Positions 36,602 to 45,773 of a stretch of DNA of 64,000 bases are shown one piece after another. Numbering within the stretch: position 1 is the first letter of the stretch; every line of letters begins with the position of its first letter. The translations under genes and the position numbers were made by a program. The notes under the pieces are model-generated. The model saw nothing but the letters and a program-made list of their open reading frames with translations, was not told where the DNA came from and did no database searches. The stretch is taken from the sequence record NC_061448.1. One strand, written 5' to 3'.

Positions 36602-36631
36602 AAAAAGGGGCAGCCGAAGCCACCCCTTTTT
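36602..36631 (-). terminator. Repeated UUCG-loop terminator, copy 3
   Basis: AAAAAGGGGTGGC-TTCG-GCTGCCCCTTTTT on the minus strand. Confidence 0.8.
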
Positions 36632-36661
36632 GTTTGTAGTGACGTCTATCGACCAGGTCGA

Positions 36662-37342
36662 TTAGCCGACGTTCACTTTACCTTTTGCTTTAGTCTTCGC
36701 CGCTTTCTTAGCGCCAGCTTTCTGCGCTGCGGTACCAGTGTGCTTCACGGCTTTCTGAGTGGTTTCTTTACCACCTTTCAGACGCGGCATTGGTTTCAGC
36801 TTAGGCTTCTTCAGGGTAACAGCTTTCGGTGCTACCTTCGGAGTTACCAGCTTACCGTTTTTGATCTGCGGCTTACGCGCTTTGCGAGCGGCCAGACGAG
36901 CTTTCTGTTTAGCGATCAGGTTGCTGTAGCCAGCTTTCTGTTTCGCTTTCAGGTTGCTCAGTGCGATGCTCTGACGTTTCAGCAGCAGCTTACGGATTTT
37001 ACCCTGGGAAACAGCGGTAGCTTTCAGGCCAGCCTGATATTTAGCCAGACGCTCTTTCAGGCGCTGCTCGATAGACTTCGCTTTGCCTTTTTTAGCTTGC
37101 TTACGCAGGTGGGTTGAACGCTCGTTGTCGAACTTTTTGTCGGCAGCGGTTTTCTTGGTGCTTGCTTTCTTCGGCTTAGTAGCCTTAGGAGCAGAGGTCT
37201 TTTTACCAGTTGCTTTTTTCGGCTTAGCAGCTTTAGGAGCAGCGGCTTTTTTACCGGATGCTTTTTTGGTGCCAGCTTTCTTAGCTTTAGAACCGCCTTT
37301 AACTGGGTCGGTCGGAGAAGTCAGTTTGCGTTTTACGGCCAT
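36662..37342 (-). CDS. Histone-H1-like Lys/Ala-rich basic protein (226 aa)
   Basis: KKAAAPKAAKPKKATGKKTSAPKATKPKKAS repeats, almost no acidic residues, extreme codon bias, own terminator. Confidence 0.75.
   Translation of the reverse strand: MAVKRKLTSPTDPVKGGSKAKKAGTKKASGKKAAAPKAAKPKKATGKKTSAPKATKPKKASTKKTAADKKFDNERSTHLRKQAKKGKAKSIEQRLKERLAKYQAGLKATAVSQGKIRKLLLKRQSIALSNLKAKQKAGYSNLIAKQKARLAARKARKPQIKNGKLVTPKVAPKAVTLKKPKLKPMPRLKGGKETTQKAVKHTGTAAQKAGAKKAAKTKAKGKVNVG
37164..37259. repeat. 48-nt tandem duplication encoding a 16-aa Lys/Ala/Pro unit
   Basis: Units start at 37164 (gctttcttcggcttagtagcc...) and 37212 (gcttttttcggcttagcagct...). Confidence 0.8.
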
Positions 37343-37462
37343 GGTTGTATCCTCAAGTTACAATTGAACTTTCGTCCTGTGGACATTAAGTTTTGAAATC
37401 AGCATGTAAAAATTAGTATAATCCCTGAAACTTTTATCAGGAAATTTCCTAAATCTTTTTTT

Positions 37463-38539
37463 TTACATAGCAGTATACCCTATTTCAGATAACACCGCGT
37501 TAAGTTCCTTCCGAGCACTAACCCGCAAGGACTTTTTAATTCCCGAAGCCTTGAGATACTCCTTAAGGCCATCGCGTGGATCAATATCCGCGAGCGTTAA
37601 CTCGCTAACATCGACTGTATCTATATTATCGAGATCGACGCGTTTATTCGTGGAATTTATTTGGGAAATGTTCGGTACGCGAGTACGGATATCTGCCGGT
37701 ATCGACACGGTGTCCTTAACAATAACACGGTATCTAATCGCAGGGTTTACTTCCAGACGTGACCAGTCTTTCTGATTCTCTATTGCAACTGTCTCTAACC
37801 TGAATCCGGGTTTGCTGTCAATGAACTTCTGTTGAACAATCAGCTCGCCCTTCTTGTAGAACGCACGAATGTGAAGGAACCCTTTCGGCAGTGCTTCCCC
37901 AAACGTTTTCTGGTACGGTGAACCACAGTAAGTGAAGCGCTTTGCCTCAAGCACCTGATACAGGTGAATGTGACCACTGATTGTATAATCGCGTGGGTCA
38001 ACTTTAATATCTTTCTTCGCTTTAAGCGGGCGACCGTTATCACCCAGCGCACCGATAGCTTCTACGTGGCAGAAGTTCAGGCACGGCTTCTTATGCTTAA
38101 TGCTTTCTTTCGCAGGGTGCGGCAGGAAGTTAACGACAACACCATCAATCTCTACCTGCTCAGGTCTGAGGTAGATGTGCAGCGACTTGAGGAAGTCCCA
38201 TTCACAGAACGTCTTAATCAAGTCCATGCTGGTGGAGGTCATGTCTGCCCAGTCGTGGTTGCCACCGCAGTACCACGTTTCAACAACGCCCTCGTACTTG
38301 AGGAAGAACTGGAGCAGCTTGCGCTTAGTCTCGTCTTCCATCTTAAACTTATCGGTGATATCGCCTGGAACGATAACGTGACGAATCCCGTGCTCAACTG
38401 CATACTGATAAATGCGGTCAATTGTTTCAAGCTGACGATCAACGTGATCAGTAGGGAAGTGATTCGACAGGCCTTCGAAGTGCCAGTCAGAGGTCGTAAT
38501 CGCTTCTAAGATCTCAGATACTTTTTTCTTTTTCATCAC
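37463..38539 (-). CDS. sbcD: SbcD/Mre11-like metallophosphoesterase nuclease
   Basis: TSDWH, PGDITD, GGNHD, NFCH, SGHIH, YCGSPYQKTFGE. Confidence 0.9.
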   Translation of the reverse strand: MMKKKKVSEILEAITTSDWHFEGLSNHFPTDHVDRQLETIDRIYQYAVEHGIRHVIVPGDITDKFKMEDETKRKLLQFFLKYEGVVETWYCGGNHDWADMTSTSMDLIKTFCEWDFLKSLHIYLRPEQVEIDGVVVNFLPHPAKESIKHKKPCLNFCHVEAIGALGDNGRPLKAKKDIKVDPRDYTISGHIHLYQVLEAKRFTYCGSPYQKTFGEALPKGFLHIRAFYKKGELIVQQKFIDSKPGFRLETVAIENQKDWSRLEVNPAIRYRVIVKDTVSIPADIRTRVPNISQINSTNKRVDLDNIDTVDVSELTLADIDPRDGLKEYLKASGIKKSLRVSARKELNAVLSEIGYTAM

Positions 38540-38565
38540 TACAGTCCACAGTTTTCTTTGACTGC

Positions 38566-38574
38566 TATTTACAG
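38566..38574 (-). promoter_or_regulatory. CTGTAAATA motif upstream of sbcD
   Basis: Exact copy, 27 nt from the start. Confidence 0.65.
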
Positions 38575-39330
38575 ATCGTAGGTCGCCTTTAGGTAGGTTT
38601 GTACCTTAGGTCGAGTACCCGCCACCAGCTGCCCAAAGTCGAGTTCTTCTGGCTTGAAACGGAACAGTCTGCCGTTCTGCACACATTCAAACTTAGCTAA
38701 GGCTTTCACGCTGTCTGCTTCATTGGTCTGATAGAACACGCGCATGTCAGACGAACCATCAACGATACGATAGCTGTAGGACGAGGCGTTGACCGAGATA
38801 CCGTTATTGCGCAGATACTTAAATGACATAGCGGTGGCCATGACCGTATAGGTATTAATTGTCACTCTGCTTGCGGCAGTGGCATTATACGTTGTAGCAA
38901 CCTCATTGATCAGAGTTGTGAGAATAGTAAGCGAAGGTGACTCTGAACCTGTTGAGGCAGCGCATCTACCGTAAGACCAGTTATGTGCAAACGCATGATC
39001 AATGAGAAACACTGTGTTCTTTGTGGACCATGACATATTGAAATAGGAGTCACCTCGCGAACATCCATCAGAAACAGTAGTGCCCACATGGAACTGATCG
39101 TCAGATGTAGGAAACGCACTTGGGTATGCCCACTTTAGATTCGAGGCGTAACGTACACCACCAGCAACTCCCTGTACAGTGTTAGCTTGGCCAGCAAGTC
39201 CTAACGTGAACAGTGCCTTGTTGACAACAGACGCAGCAGTACCTTGAGTGAGAGATGTGTCTTGGTCGAACGCATACACTTGAGGACAAAGAGGAGTGAA
39301 TACACCGTAATTCGAAATGTGATACTGCAT
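38569..39330 (-). CDS. MQY-family paralogue 1 (putative fibre/receptor-binding protein)
   Basis: Start at MQYH (39330, GAGG SD). N- and C-terminal motifs shared with four other ORFs. Confidence 0.65.
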   Translation of the reverse strand: MQYHISNYGVFTPLCPQVYAFDQDTSLTQGTAASVVNKALFTLGLAGQANTVQGVAGGVRYASNLKWAYPSAFPTSDDQFHVGTTVSDGCSRGDSYFNMSWSTKNTVFLIDHAFAHNWSYGRCAASTGSESPSLTILTTLINEVATTYNATAASRVTINTYTVMATAMSFKYLRNNGISVNASSYSYRIVDGSSDMRVFYQTNEADSVKALAKFECVQNGRLFRFKPEELDFGQLVAGTRPKVQTYLKATYDL

Positions 39331-39348
39331 GATGCACCTCTTGAAATG

Positions 39349-39380
39349 AAAATGGGCAGCATACGCCACCCATTTATTTT
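39349..39380 (-). terminator. Terminator variant of the repeated hairpin
   Basis: AAATGGGTGGC-GTAT-GCTGCCCATTTTCATTTC on the minus strand. Confidence 0.7.
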
Positions 39381-41262
39381 ACTTCTTAGCTTTGAGTCGC
39401 GCTCTACGCGCTTTAGCTTCGACACGCATCTCGGCAACCTCTTCAAGAGCCTGAGCCAATGCAATCTCCAGTGCGCGATCACAAATAGCGTCAATGATTT
39501 GTTGAGGGTTCTCTTGTGTATCGAGAAGCAAATACAGAGGATGACCCAACTGAATTGCATCAGGGTACAATTCCTCACGCGCCTCTGCAATACACAAGTC
39601 ATCATCGAGGTGGTACAGAGCTACGTGCATCTCGGAGATCTTGAACTTGTATTTCTTATTCTCAAACATCGGACGAAGTTTATTGCGGAAGTCTGATCGT
39701 GTGTCGATTGCAATGTACTTGTAACCGGCAAACACTTTCTTCGCAGCACTGAAATAACGCTTGTCGATTATGGCCTCGTGTCGTTCCATGCTCGCTTGGT
39801 TAGCAGCAGGACAAGCAGGTGTCATGTTTGCTAACGAACCAATAGCAGGAGCCAGAACGTATTCAGCATACATGTTATTGCTTCCCATGTATTCTTCATC
39901 AACGTAACGCACCTGCACACCGCCAGTGTTAATGCGTGACGCATGGAACCAGAACATGCTCTCAGGATTCACGGAGTATTTAGCGAATGACCAAATCTGA
40001 GATAGCGCAGCAGGATAAGACCAGCGCGTCAGATCTTCGGTCTTCATATTGAACAGATCGACTTCATCGAAGTTAGCATCGAGGAAACTCTTACGCTGTG
40101 CTTGCGGTAGTCGGTCAATGAACATGTGCATCGCTCGCGTTCTTCCGGACAAGTGGCTCCAAAGTCTAGGCACAACAACATCATCTACACCGAACTTCTC
40201 AAATACGGTATCGAGAAGCCGACCGAAATCGTCATAATGCTTACCGCCCAACAAAGCAGCAACACAACGCACGTAGAACTTAGGCTGTCCCCATTTCTCT
40301 CGCGCAAACATCATAGCGAGCTGAGGATAACGATCCAGCGCGTCAACAACAATCTCTTCATTGTTTGAAGTACGCGGTGCGTCGATGATGCCACGAACAA
40401 ACCCATTAATATCGCCACGCAGCAACGGACTTTCTAGGTCATAGTTGAACTGAGTGCTACGCTGATCAGCATACAGCTTGCTACCAAGCTCATACATTCC
40501 CTTACGCTCGTTAGCAGCAATGAAAGGGTTGATATGTTCGTCCAACCAATCTTGCAGTACGTGAACGAAAGGCATCTTAGAATCAGGGTAGGCGTACTCG
40601 ACCAGATACAGCGCGTTCACTTTCTCTGAGCCCACGAAACGTTCAGACGCTTTAGCTTTTGTCTGCTGGAAGTAAGGCTTAGCGAGACAGCGACCAATAG
40701 GCTTGTTGATGTTTTTGTCAGACGGGTCAATCAGGTAAGCAATCAACGTACCACCAGCAATGTCTTGTTTGACAAACTTCTTATTCGAGCCTGTCTTCAA
40801 GTTCATGCAGCTCACCCACCCACGGTCAGTGGACATGCCAGCAATATCATACGGGTGCATTGAGATGCAGATAAGTTGACGGTTGCGTGTCGCATTGACC
40901 ATAGACTTACGATTCGGGTCCGAGTCAAACATCTTCTTGAGTTCGGGATTCTTTGACAGCACACGACCAATCTTAACGATGCGACCATGTGAGTCTTTGC
41001 CTGTACCTGCGAGGTAGTCAACGAGGACAATATCCTTTTCCATCAGCGCGTCAACGATTTGAATCGGAGGCTTGATGTTCTGTGCGAGATTGTTGACTAC
41101 GCGGTCCGTCTTCGCGTCGATGTAGATGCGCATGGCCTTGTGGCCTTTCTTGCCGCTAATCTTCTCAAACAGATTCAGCAGCGCAATGTTAGGCTTCCAC
41201 CCCTTTCTATATTTGCGATACAACGAGGGTGGGAGAGCAGACAGACTGACTTGTATTTCCAT
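39379..41262 (-). CDS. Hypothetical protein with MEIQVSLSA N-terminus (about 627 aa)
   Basis: Start moved to the ATG at 41262 (the track's start overlaps the SLOG gene). Contains a compact conserved-looking block ISMHPYDIAGMSTDRGWVSCMNL...GTLIAYLI. Confidence 0.7.
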   Translation of the reverse strand: MEIQVSLSALPPSLYRKYRKGWKPNIALLNLFEKISGKKGHKAMRIYIDAKTDRVVNNLAQNIKPPIQIVDALMEKDIVLVDYLAGTGKDSHGRIVKIGRVLSKNPELKKMFDSDPNRKSMVNATRNRQLICISMHPYDIAGMSTDRGWVSCMNLKTGSNKKFVKQDIAGGTLIAYLIDPSDKNINKPIGRCLAKPYFQQTKAKASERFVGSEKVNALYLVEYAYPDSKMPFVHVLQDWLDEHINPFIAANERKGMYELGSKLYADQRSTQFNYDLESPLLRGDINGFVRGIIDAPRTSNNEEIVVDALDRYPQLAMMFAREKWGQPKFYVRCVAALLGGKHYDDFGRLLDTVFEKFGVDDVVVPRLWSHLSGRTRAMHMFIDRLPQAQRKSFLDANFDEVDLFNMKTEDLTRWSYPAALSQIWSFAKYSVNPESMFWFHASRINTGGVQVRYVDEEYMGSNNMYAEYVLAPAIGSLANMTPACPAANQASMERHEAIIDKRYFSAAKKVFAGYKYIAIDTRSDFRNKLRPMFENKKYKFKISEMHVALYHLDDDLCIAEAREELYPDAIQLGHPLYLLLDTQENPQQIIDAICDRALEIALAQALEEVAEMRVEAKARRARLKAKK

Positions 41263-41320
41263 GGGTGATCTCTGTGTTCGGGTGATGGTAAAAATTAGCG
41301 TAGAAATGACAAACGCCCCG

Positions 41321-41830
41321 TTAGGAGCGTCTGTTGAATTTAAGCCAGTCATTCCACCAATAAGTAATAGGCTTGCTCTGGCGTTGAGCGTAGTCGATAC
41401 AGTTCTGTGTCCCCGATGGTGCACCACAACACAATGAGATTAGACGATCAGTTTCATCCACCATATAGTGATTGCGTTTGTTTAGAGCGAAACCCGCTTG
41501 ACCGTCCATGTGTTCCCAGTCTTCTTTCGATGTGACTATTCTTACTTCATGACTTTTATTGAGAAGACCGTCAAGCTCAAACACACTACTAACAGGCCAG
41601 CGTGAGTTGAACCCGGGATAAGGCAAACAGGAAATAACTTTGTGCCCTTGTTCTATTGCAGCAGTGGCGATTGCCATATCGAAACCGAGCGCACAGCCTA
41701 CAAAGATTAGTGCGTCTGATTCGACAGTAAGCATCTTGCGTTGAGCAAACTTATAGAGGCGGCGTTTTGCCTCAGGGCCGAAGCCACCAAGAGATTGAGG
41801 GCGATGACCAGTAAAGGATATCTTTTCCAT
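41321..41830 (-). CDS. SLOG-superfamily (YspA-like) protein
   Basis: SFTGHRP, GCALGFD, KRNHYMVD, GAPSGTQNCIDYA. Confidence 0.85.
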   Translation of the reverse strand: MEKISFTGHRPQSLGGFGPEAKRRLYKFAQRKMLTVESDALIFVGCALGFDMAIATAAIEQGHKVISCLPYPGFNSRWPVSSVFELDGLLNKSHEVRIVTSKEDWEHMDGQAGFALNKRNHYMVDETDRLISLCCGAPSGTQNCIDYAQRQSKPITYWWNDWLKFNRRS

Positions 41831-41836
41831 GACTGG

Positions 41837-41845
41837 TATTTACAG
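41837..41845 (-). promoter_or_regulatory. CTGTAAATA motif upstream of the SLOG gene
   Basis: Exact intergenic copy, only 7 nt from the ATG. Confidence 0.6.
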
Positions 41846-41848
41846 AAC

Positions 41849-42715
41849 CTACATAGCGATCAGGCGTTGTGTCCGTGAGAAGTCGATTGTATAAGACGTA
41901 CCTGCAACGCAGTCATCTTCAACATCGTAGTCGATTCCCTTCTTCAACTTGATCAGACTCTTACCATCAGCAGTACACAGCAAACCATCAGTCAGGTTGA
42001 ACACTTCGTCGTGAGTAACAAGATACTGATCTATTCTAGGTGAACGTCGGTCTGCTTCAACGCTAGGGTACACAATACTTGGACCATATCCTGTGTCAGA
42101 GATAGACATGCTGGTGGGGTATGCGAAGTGCGTGTACCCACTCTGCATTACGAAGTAGTTATTCTCACCCTGAGCAATCGTACCGCCAGATGGAGATGAT
42201 CCCGGAGTGTAGGTACCTGTAGCAGACGTCGAGACAATACTGCCGTTAACAGTTACCATCTGGACATTGCAATACACTGTATAAGTTCGAGAAGAAGGTA
42301 TGCCTGATCGTACACCAAGCATTGCCATATATGTAGGTCGGTTCCCTAAATTCGATGGGTACAGACAAATAATGCGGTTGCCATTAGTGGGTATGCCTGT
42401 ACCTGCTTGCCACTGCGCATGAGTGCCATAGTAAGGTGCAGCAGAACGAGCATGTGCAGCCAGGTCCGAAGCGTCCACACGTCCTATGTCTTTAGGCAAC
42501 TCCGTTAGGTAATACGTACTCCCTTTCTGACCACGAGTAATCATCGTCCTAGAGTTGGCGGAAAGAACAGTTCGTGCATTTCGCAACACTTCACACAGCG
42601 TCGGATTATCAGTGGCTTTATTGAAATCAATGCTGTCCAACGTAGGGTCGAAAAAGAATATGTCAGGTGTGGTGGGTTTTGTCCACGAGCTACCTGCTGC
42701 CGCTAAATATTGCAT
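41849..42715 (-). CDS. MQY-family paralogue 2
   Basis: MQYLAA...PDIFFFD...RNARTVL...RGQ...YYLT; C-terminal GIDYDVEDDCVAGT. Confidence 0.65.
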   Translation of the reverse strand: MQYLAAAGSSWTKPTTPDIFFFDPTLDSIDFNKATDNPTLCEVLRNARTVLSANSRTMITRGQKGSTYYLTELPKDIGRVDASDLAAHARSAAPYYGTHAQWQAGTGIPTNGNRIICLYPSNLGNRPTYMAMLGVRSGIPSSRTYTVYCNVQMVTVNGSIVSTSATGTYTPGSSPSGGTIAQGENNYFVMQSGYTHFAYPTSMSISDTGYGPSIVYPSVEADRRSPRIDQYLVTHDEVFNLTDGLLCTADGKSLIKLKKGIDYDVEDDCVAGTSYTIDFSRTQRLIAM

Positions 42716-42755
42716 AAGTCCTCCTTGTTAGCACTTCCTTGTGCTGCGCCTAATG

Positions 42756-43121
42756 TTAGGCCACTACTTCGAGTTCGTGATCTTTAGAGTTCCAAACGAG
42801 TTCACGAATGTTACGCGGCATGATGATGCAGCCACTTGATGCTGTGCCTGGAGCTTTAATGCTATCGCCGTGCATCTGAAACGCAGAGCGACCGAACATT
42901 ACGTTCTCAGCAGCAGGACTCAAATCCATTGCATACGGCCCTGTCTTCTTACTGGTGCGAGGAGCATTCAGCGTATAGTGACCTACAGGCAGCGGACCCA
43001 TACCCACGATGTTCTGTGACTCGTGTTTGTTTTTGTGTTCGCCTTTACCTGCGTAGCCAGTAGCGACAAGTTTACCGGCGCTGTTATACAGACGACCGGT
43101 TGTTTGCTCATACTTCCACAT
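42756..43121 (-). CDS. Tlde1/DUF2778-like L,D-transpeptidase-fold protein
   Basis: GYAGKG...N...GMGPLPVGHY...GRSAFQMHGDS...ASSGCII (His...Cys catalytic motif). Confidence 0.8.
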   Translation of the reverse strand: MWKYEQTTGRLYNSAGKLVATGYAGKGEHKNKHESQNIVGMGPLPVGHYTLNAPRTSKKTGPYAMDLSPAAENVMFGRSAFQMHGDSIKAPGTASSGCIIMPRNIRELVWNSKDHELEVVA

Positions 43122-43130
43122 ATATGCTCC

Positions 43131-43991
43131 TTATAGCTCTGTGTGGGTTGTTACAAAGTCAATAAATGGACGACTGCCCGGAATCAGATTATCTTCAACC
43201 GTGAAGTCAATGTCTCTTTCGAATTTCCAGAACGTGGTAGAGGAAAGTGGAAAGAGTCCGAAGTGGATGTTCACTGTCTCAGGTTCAAACAGTAACTCCG
43301 TTGAATGGAAAGAGTCTGTGACTTTACTATTTCCCCACTCACATGCAGTACCAGACGATGTGCTTTGATAGCGCGTAGCGTACATGCAGTCCAGCAGAGG
43401 AATCGTGTTCATGATGTTGTATTCAGGTGTCACCGAGTAGCCGCCTGAATAAGTCACGTCCAAATAAGAGTTTACTTTTGCAGGCGCTTTGCCGTATTCA
43501 CCGCTATACGAATCCATATAGTAACCCGCCCACTGAGAGGAGCTTCTACGGTTTATGGAGAACGTAGGCATACGCATCTTGGCATGACCAATGCCGGGGT
43601 TGATAACAAAGTTTCGTTTCAACGGATATGTGTAGATTGCCTCAGACACTGCATAATCAAACACAGACCATTCAGTAGATTGTCCATCAGAGGCTAATGA
43701 TGCAAAGTCTTCACTTGTACGCAGCGCAGCAGCGATGACTGTATTCTGTTCTACAGGTACAGCACTACGTGAGGTGAAGGAGTTACGCATCTGGGTGAAG
43801 TAATACTTCTCTTCGGTTTGTCCACGCACAGGGTTCAACTGAAAACCACCACCGAGAGTTGTTCGAGCACTACGGAATATTTCCTCCATTGTGTCTTCAC
43901 TGATTTGAGGCAGGTCATCATCGTCAGAGAGGAACACAGTTGTTGGTTGAGAGGGTTTTGTGATTGGAGCGAAACTGGATAAATATTGCAT
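43131..43991 (-). CDS. MQY-family paralogue 3
   Basis: Start at MQYLSS (43991). RSARTTLG...LNPVRGQ...YYFT; C-terminal DIDFTVEDNLIPGSRP. Confidence 0.65.
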   Translation of the reverse strand: MQYLSSFAPITKPSQPTTVFLSDDDDLPQISEDTMEEIFRSARTTLGGGFQLNPVRGQTEEKYYFTQMRNSFTSRSAVPVEQNTVIAAALRTSEDFASLASDGQSTEWSVFDYAVSEAIYTYPLKRNFVINPGIGHAKMRMPTFSINRRSSSQWAGYYMDSYSGEYGKAPAKVNSYLDVTYSGGYSVTPEYNIMNTIPLLDCMYATRYQSTSSGTACEWGNSKVTDSFHSTELLFEPETVNIHFGLFPLSSTTFWKFERDIDFTVEDNLIPGSRPFIDFVTTHTEL

Positions 43992-44031
43992 GTTATATAC
44001 CTTGGTTTTTATTGTGGAACCACGGCATAGC

Positions 44032-44064
44032 AAAAAAGGGCCTACACCTTTCGATGCAAGCCCT
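44032..44064 (-). terminator. Rho-independent terminator with GAAA loop
   Basis: AGGGCTTGCATC-GAAA-GGTGTAGGCCCT-TTTTT; the G-U pairs form only on the minus strand. Confidence 0.75.
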
Positions 44065-44071
44065 GTCGGTG

Positions 44072-44209
44072 TCAGACTATAACTGTCTTGATCACATTAC
44101 GGTTCTTCTTTGGGTCGAACCATACTTCTTCGATAATCTTGCCCATGCCGAAGTTAATCATCTGCACCGTGCGTCGTTTGACTAAGAGCAGACGTTTTGA
44201 CTGGAACAT
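44072..44209 (-). CDS. Small hypothetical protein (45 aa), below the ORF-track cutoff
   Basis: AAGGAG SD overlapping the upstream stop; MFQSKRLLLVKRRTVQMINFGMGKIIEEVWFDPKKNRNVIKTVIV. Confidence 0.5.
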   Translation of the reverse strand: MFQSKRLLLVKRRTVQMINFGMGKIIEEVWFDPKKNRNVIKTVIV

Positions 44210-44211
44210 GA

Positions 44212-44721
44212 TTACTCCTTAATCATCTTGACTCGCGTATGATCAAAGATGCCGAAGGTAGGCACGTCATGATGCTCACCTTCGTTACCCTTAATAGAAT
44301 CATAACCAGCAAGTTTTAGGATTTTGCTGATCTCAGTATACTCGTCCCACCACATGTACACTCGCTTGTGTTGATTAGCAGGTATGTGTTTGTTCAGAGC
44401 ATCCAGACGACCAACGAGCGTAAGCGCTTCATCTTTGCCGACCAGATGTAACTGGAAAGCCTCCATGATAAGTTGCTTAACGCGTCTATAAATCTCAGCG
44501 AACCGTACTTCCGTCCACAGAGAACGGAACTTCAGGCTTGCATATCTGCCTGGGTCCGCATGAAACTTGTAGAGGCGCCCGTCCTCCGCATACTTCTCAG
44601 CATACGCACGATCAGGGGTTACCCAAGTCATGTGTTGCTTCTTAGCATGTTCATCTGACCAGTCTTCTGCAAGACCGCGATAGTAGATTGTGGGCGCACT
44701 CAGGCTAACGAAGATCTGCAA
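44212..44721 (-). CDS. ADP-ribosyltransferase-fold protein (ART-PolyVal-like) with MQIFVSLSA N-terminus
   Basis: YYRG...TWVTPDRAYAEKYA...GRLY...LAGYDSI...FGIFD pattern; TTG start. Confidence 0.55.
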   Translation of the reverse strand: MQIFVSLSAPTIYYRGLAEDWSDEHAKKQHMTWVTPDRAYAEKYAEDGRLYKFHADPGRYASLKFRSLWTEVRFAEIYRRVKQLIMEAFQLHLVGKDEALTLVGRLDALNKHIPANQHKRVYMWWDEYTEISKILKLAGYDSIKGNEGEHHDVPTFGIFDHTRVKMIKE

Positions 44722-44724
44722 CGG

Positions 44725-45762
44725 TTACTTGCTCAGACGTTTGAACTTAGCACCGGTAGCGCTGTAAGTAACGCTGAGGACGCCAGGGATTTCAAAGCCG
44801 TCTTTCTTACGAACGACTGGAATCTTTTTGTCTTCGAAGTGATGACGCATCTCGGTAACAACGACACCAGCACCGTTACCCAGTGACTTACCTTCGGAGT
44901 TGGTGATCGTGCCGCTTGCTTTGGTGAAGTCTGCTTTAGCGCCTACAGTTCTCAGAATGGCCTTAGAGCGCTTCTGAACTTTGTCGCCCAGCTTCGCGTC
45001 TGCACGAGCGCTCAGTTCGATCTCGCTGTTGTTCATCCACTCTGCGTTCTTTTTGTCTGCGCGTTTTTTCAGACCAGCATCGGCTTTACCGCCAAGCTGT
45101 TCTTCGCGTTTCTTTTTCAGAGCTTTTGCTTTAGCAGGGGTGTGTGCACCGCCAACGCCACCGTCAGTCATGCGTGCCTTGGTGCGTTTGATAGCAGCAG
45201 CGTTGCCTGGCTTCTTGGAGACTTTGACGCCGATCTGCTCGAACGTTTCAGGCTTCATGAACTTAGGCTTGAACGTACCGCGCTTTCCAGTTACACCGAA
45301 CTCAGTCAGTTTGATTGCACGAATAGCTTTCAGAGACTTAGCCAGACCTGGACCTGACGCAACAATATCAGTAGCAGAGAACGGAAGATTCAAACCACCC
45401 AGACCTACTTTCTTCGCAATTTTATTAGCAGTGCGAAGCGCGATCTTGGCGCGACGAATCTCTGTAGCAGATTTGGTCTTTTCTGCTTTATAAGTTTCTT
45501 TCAGGGCAGTCTTACGAGGACCCTTAGGAGTTTGATTGGCTTTAGTGAAAGCAGTCGCAGCCTTCACTCGGGCATTGAGACCGTCAACCGCAGCTTTCTT
45601 CGCGTATTTCAGAGAGTTCACAATCTCCTGCAAGTCTGATTTCTTGTCTGATGGGATCACCAGAGTCTGAGCACCGCCAATCTTAGCAACTTTGTAGCTA
45701 GGTTTCTTAGCAGCAGACTCAGATACAACAGCCTGTTCGATATTGATTTTGATAAGTGCCAT
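44725..45762 (-). CDS. Lys/Ala-rich basic protein with N-terminal VVSESAA motif (candidate internal head protein)
   Basis: Very basic; N-terminus resembles that of 46378..46716. Confidence 0.65.
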   Translation of the reverse strand: MALIKINIEQAVVSESAAKKPSYKVAKIGGAQTLVIPSDKKSDLQEIVNSLKYAKKAAVDGLNARVKAATAFTKANQTPKGPRKTALKETYKAEKTKSATEIRRAKIALRTANKIAKKVGLGGLNLPFSATDIVASGPGLAKSLKAIRAIKLTEFGVTGKRGTFKPKFMKPETFEQIGVKVSKKPGNAAAIKRTKARMTDGGVGGAHTPAKAKALKKKREEQLGGKADAGLKKRADKKNAEWMNNSEIELSARADAKLGDKVQKRSKAILRTVGAKADFTKASGTITNSEGKSLGNGAGVVVTEMRHHFEDKKIPVVRKKDGFEIPGVLSVTYSATGAKFKRLSK

Positions 45763-45773
45763 TTGATTATTCC

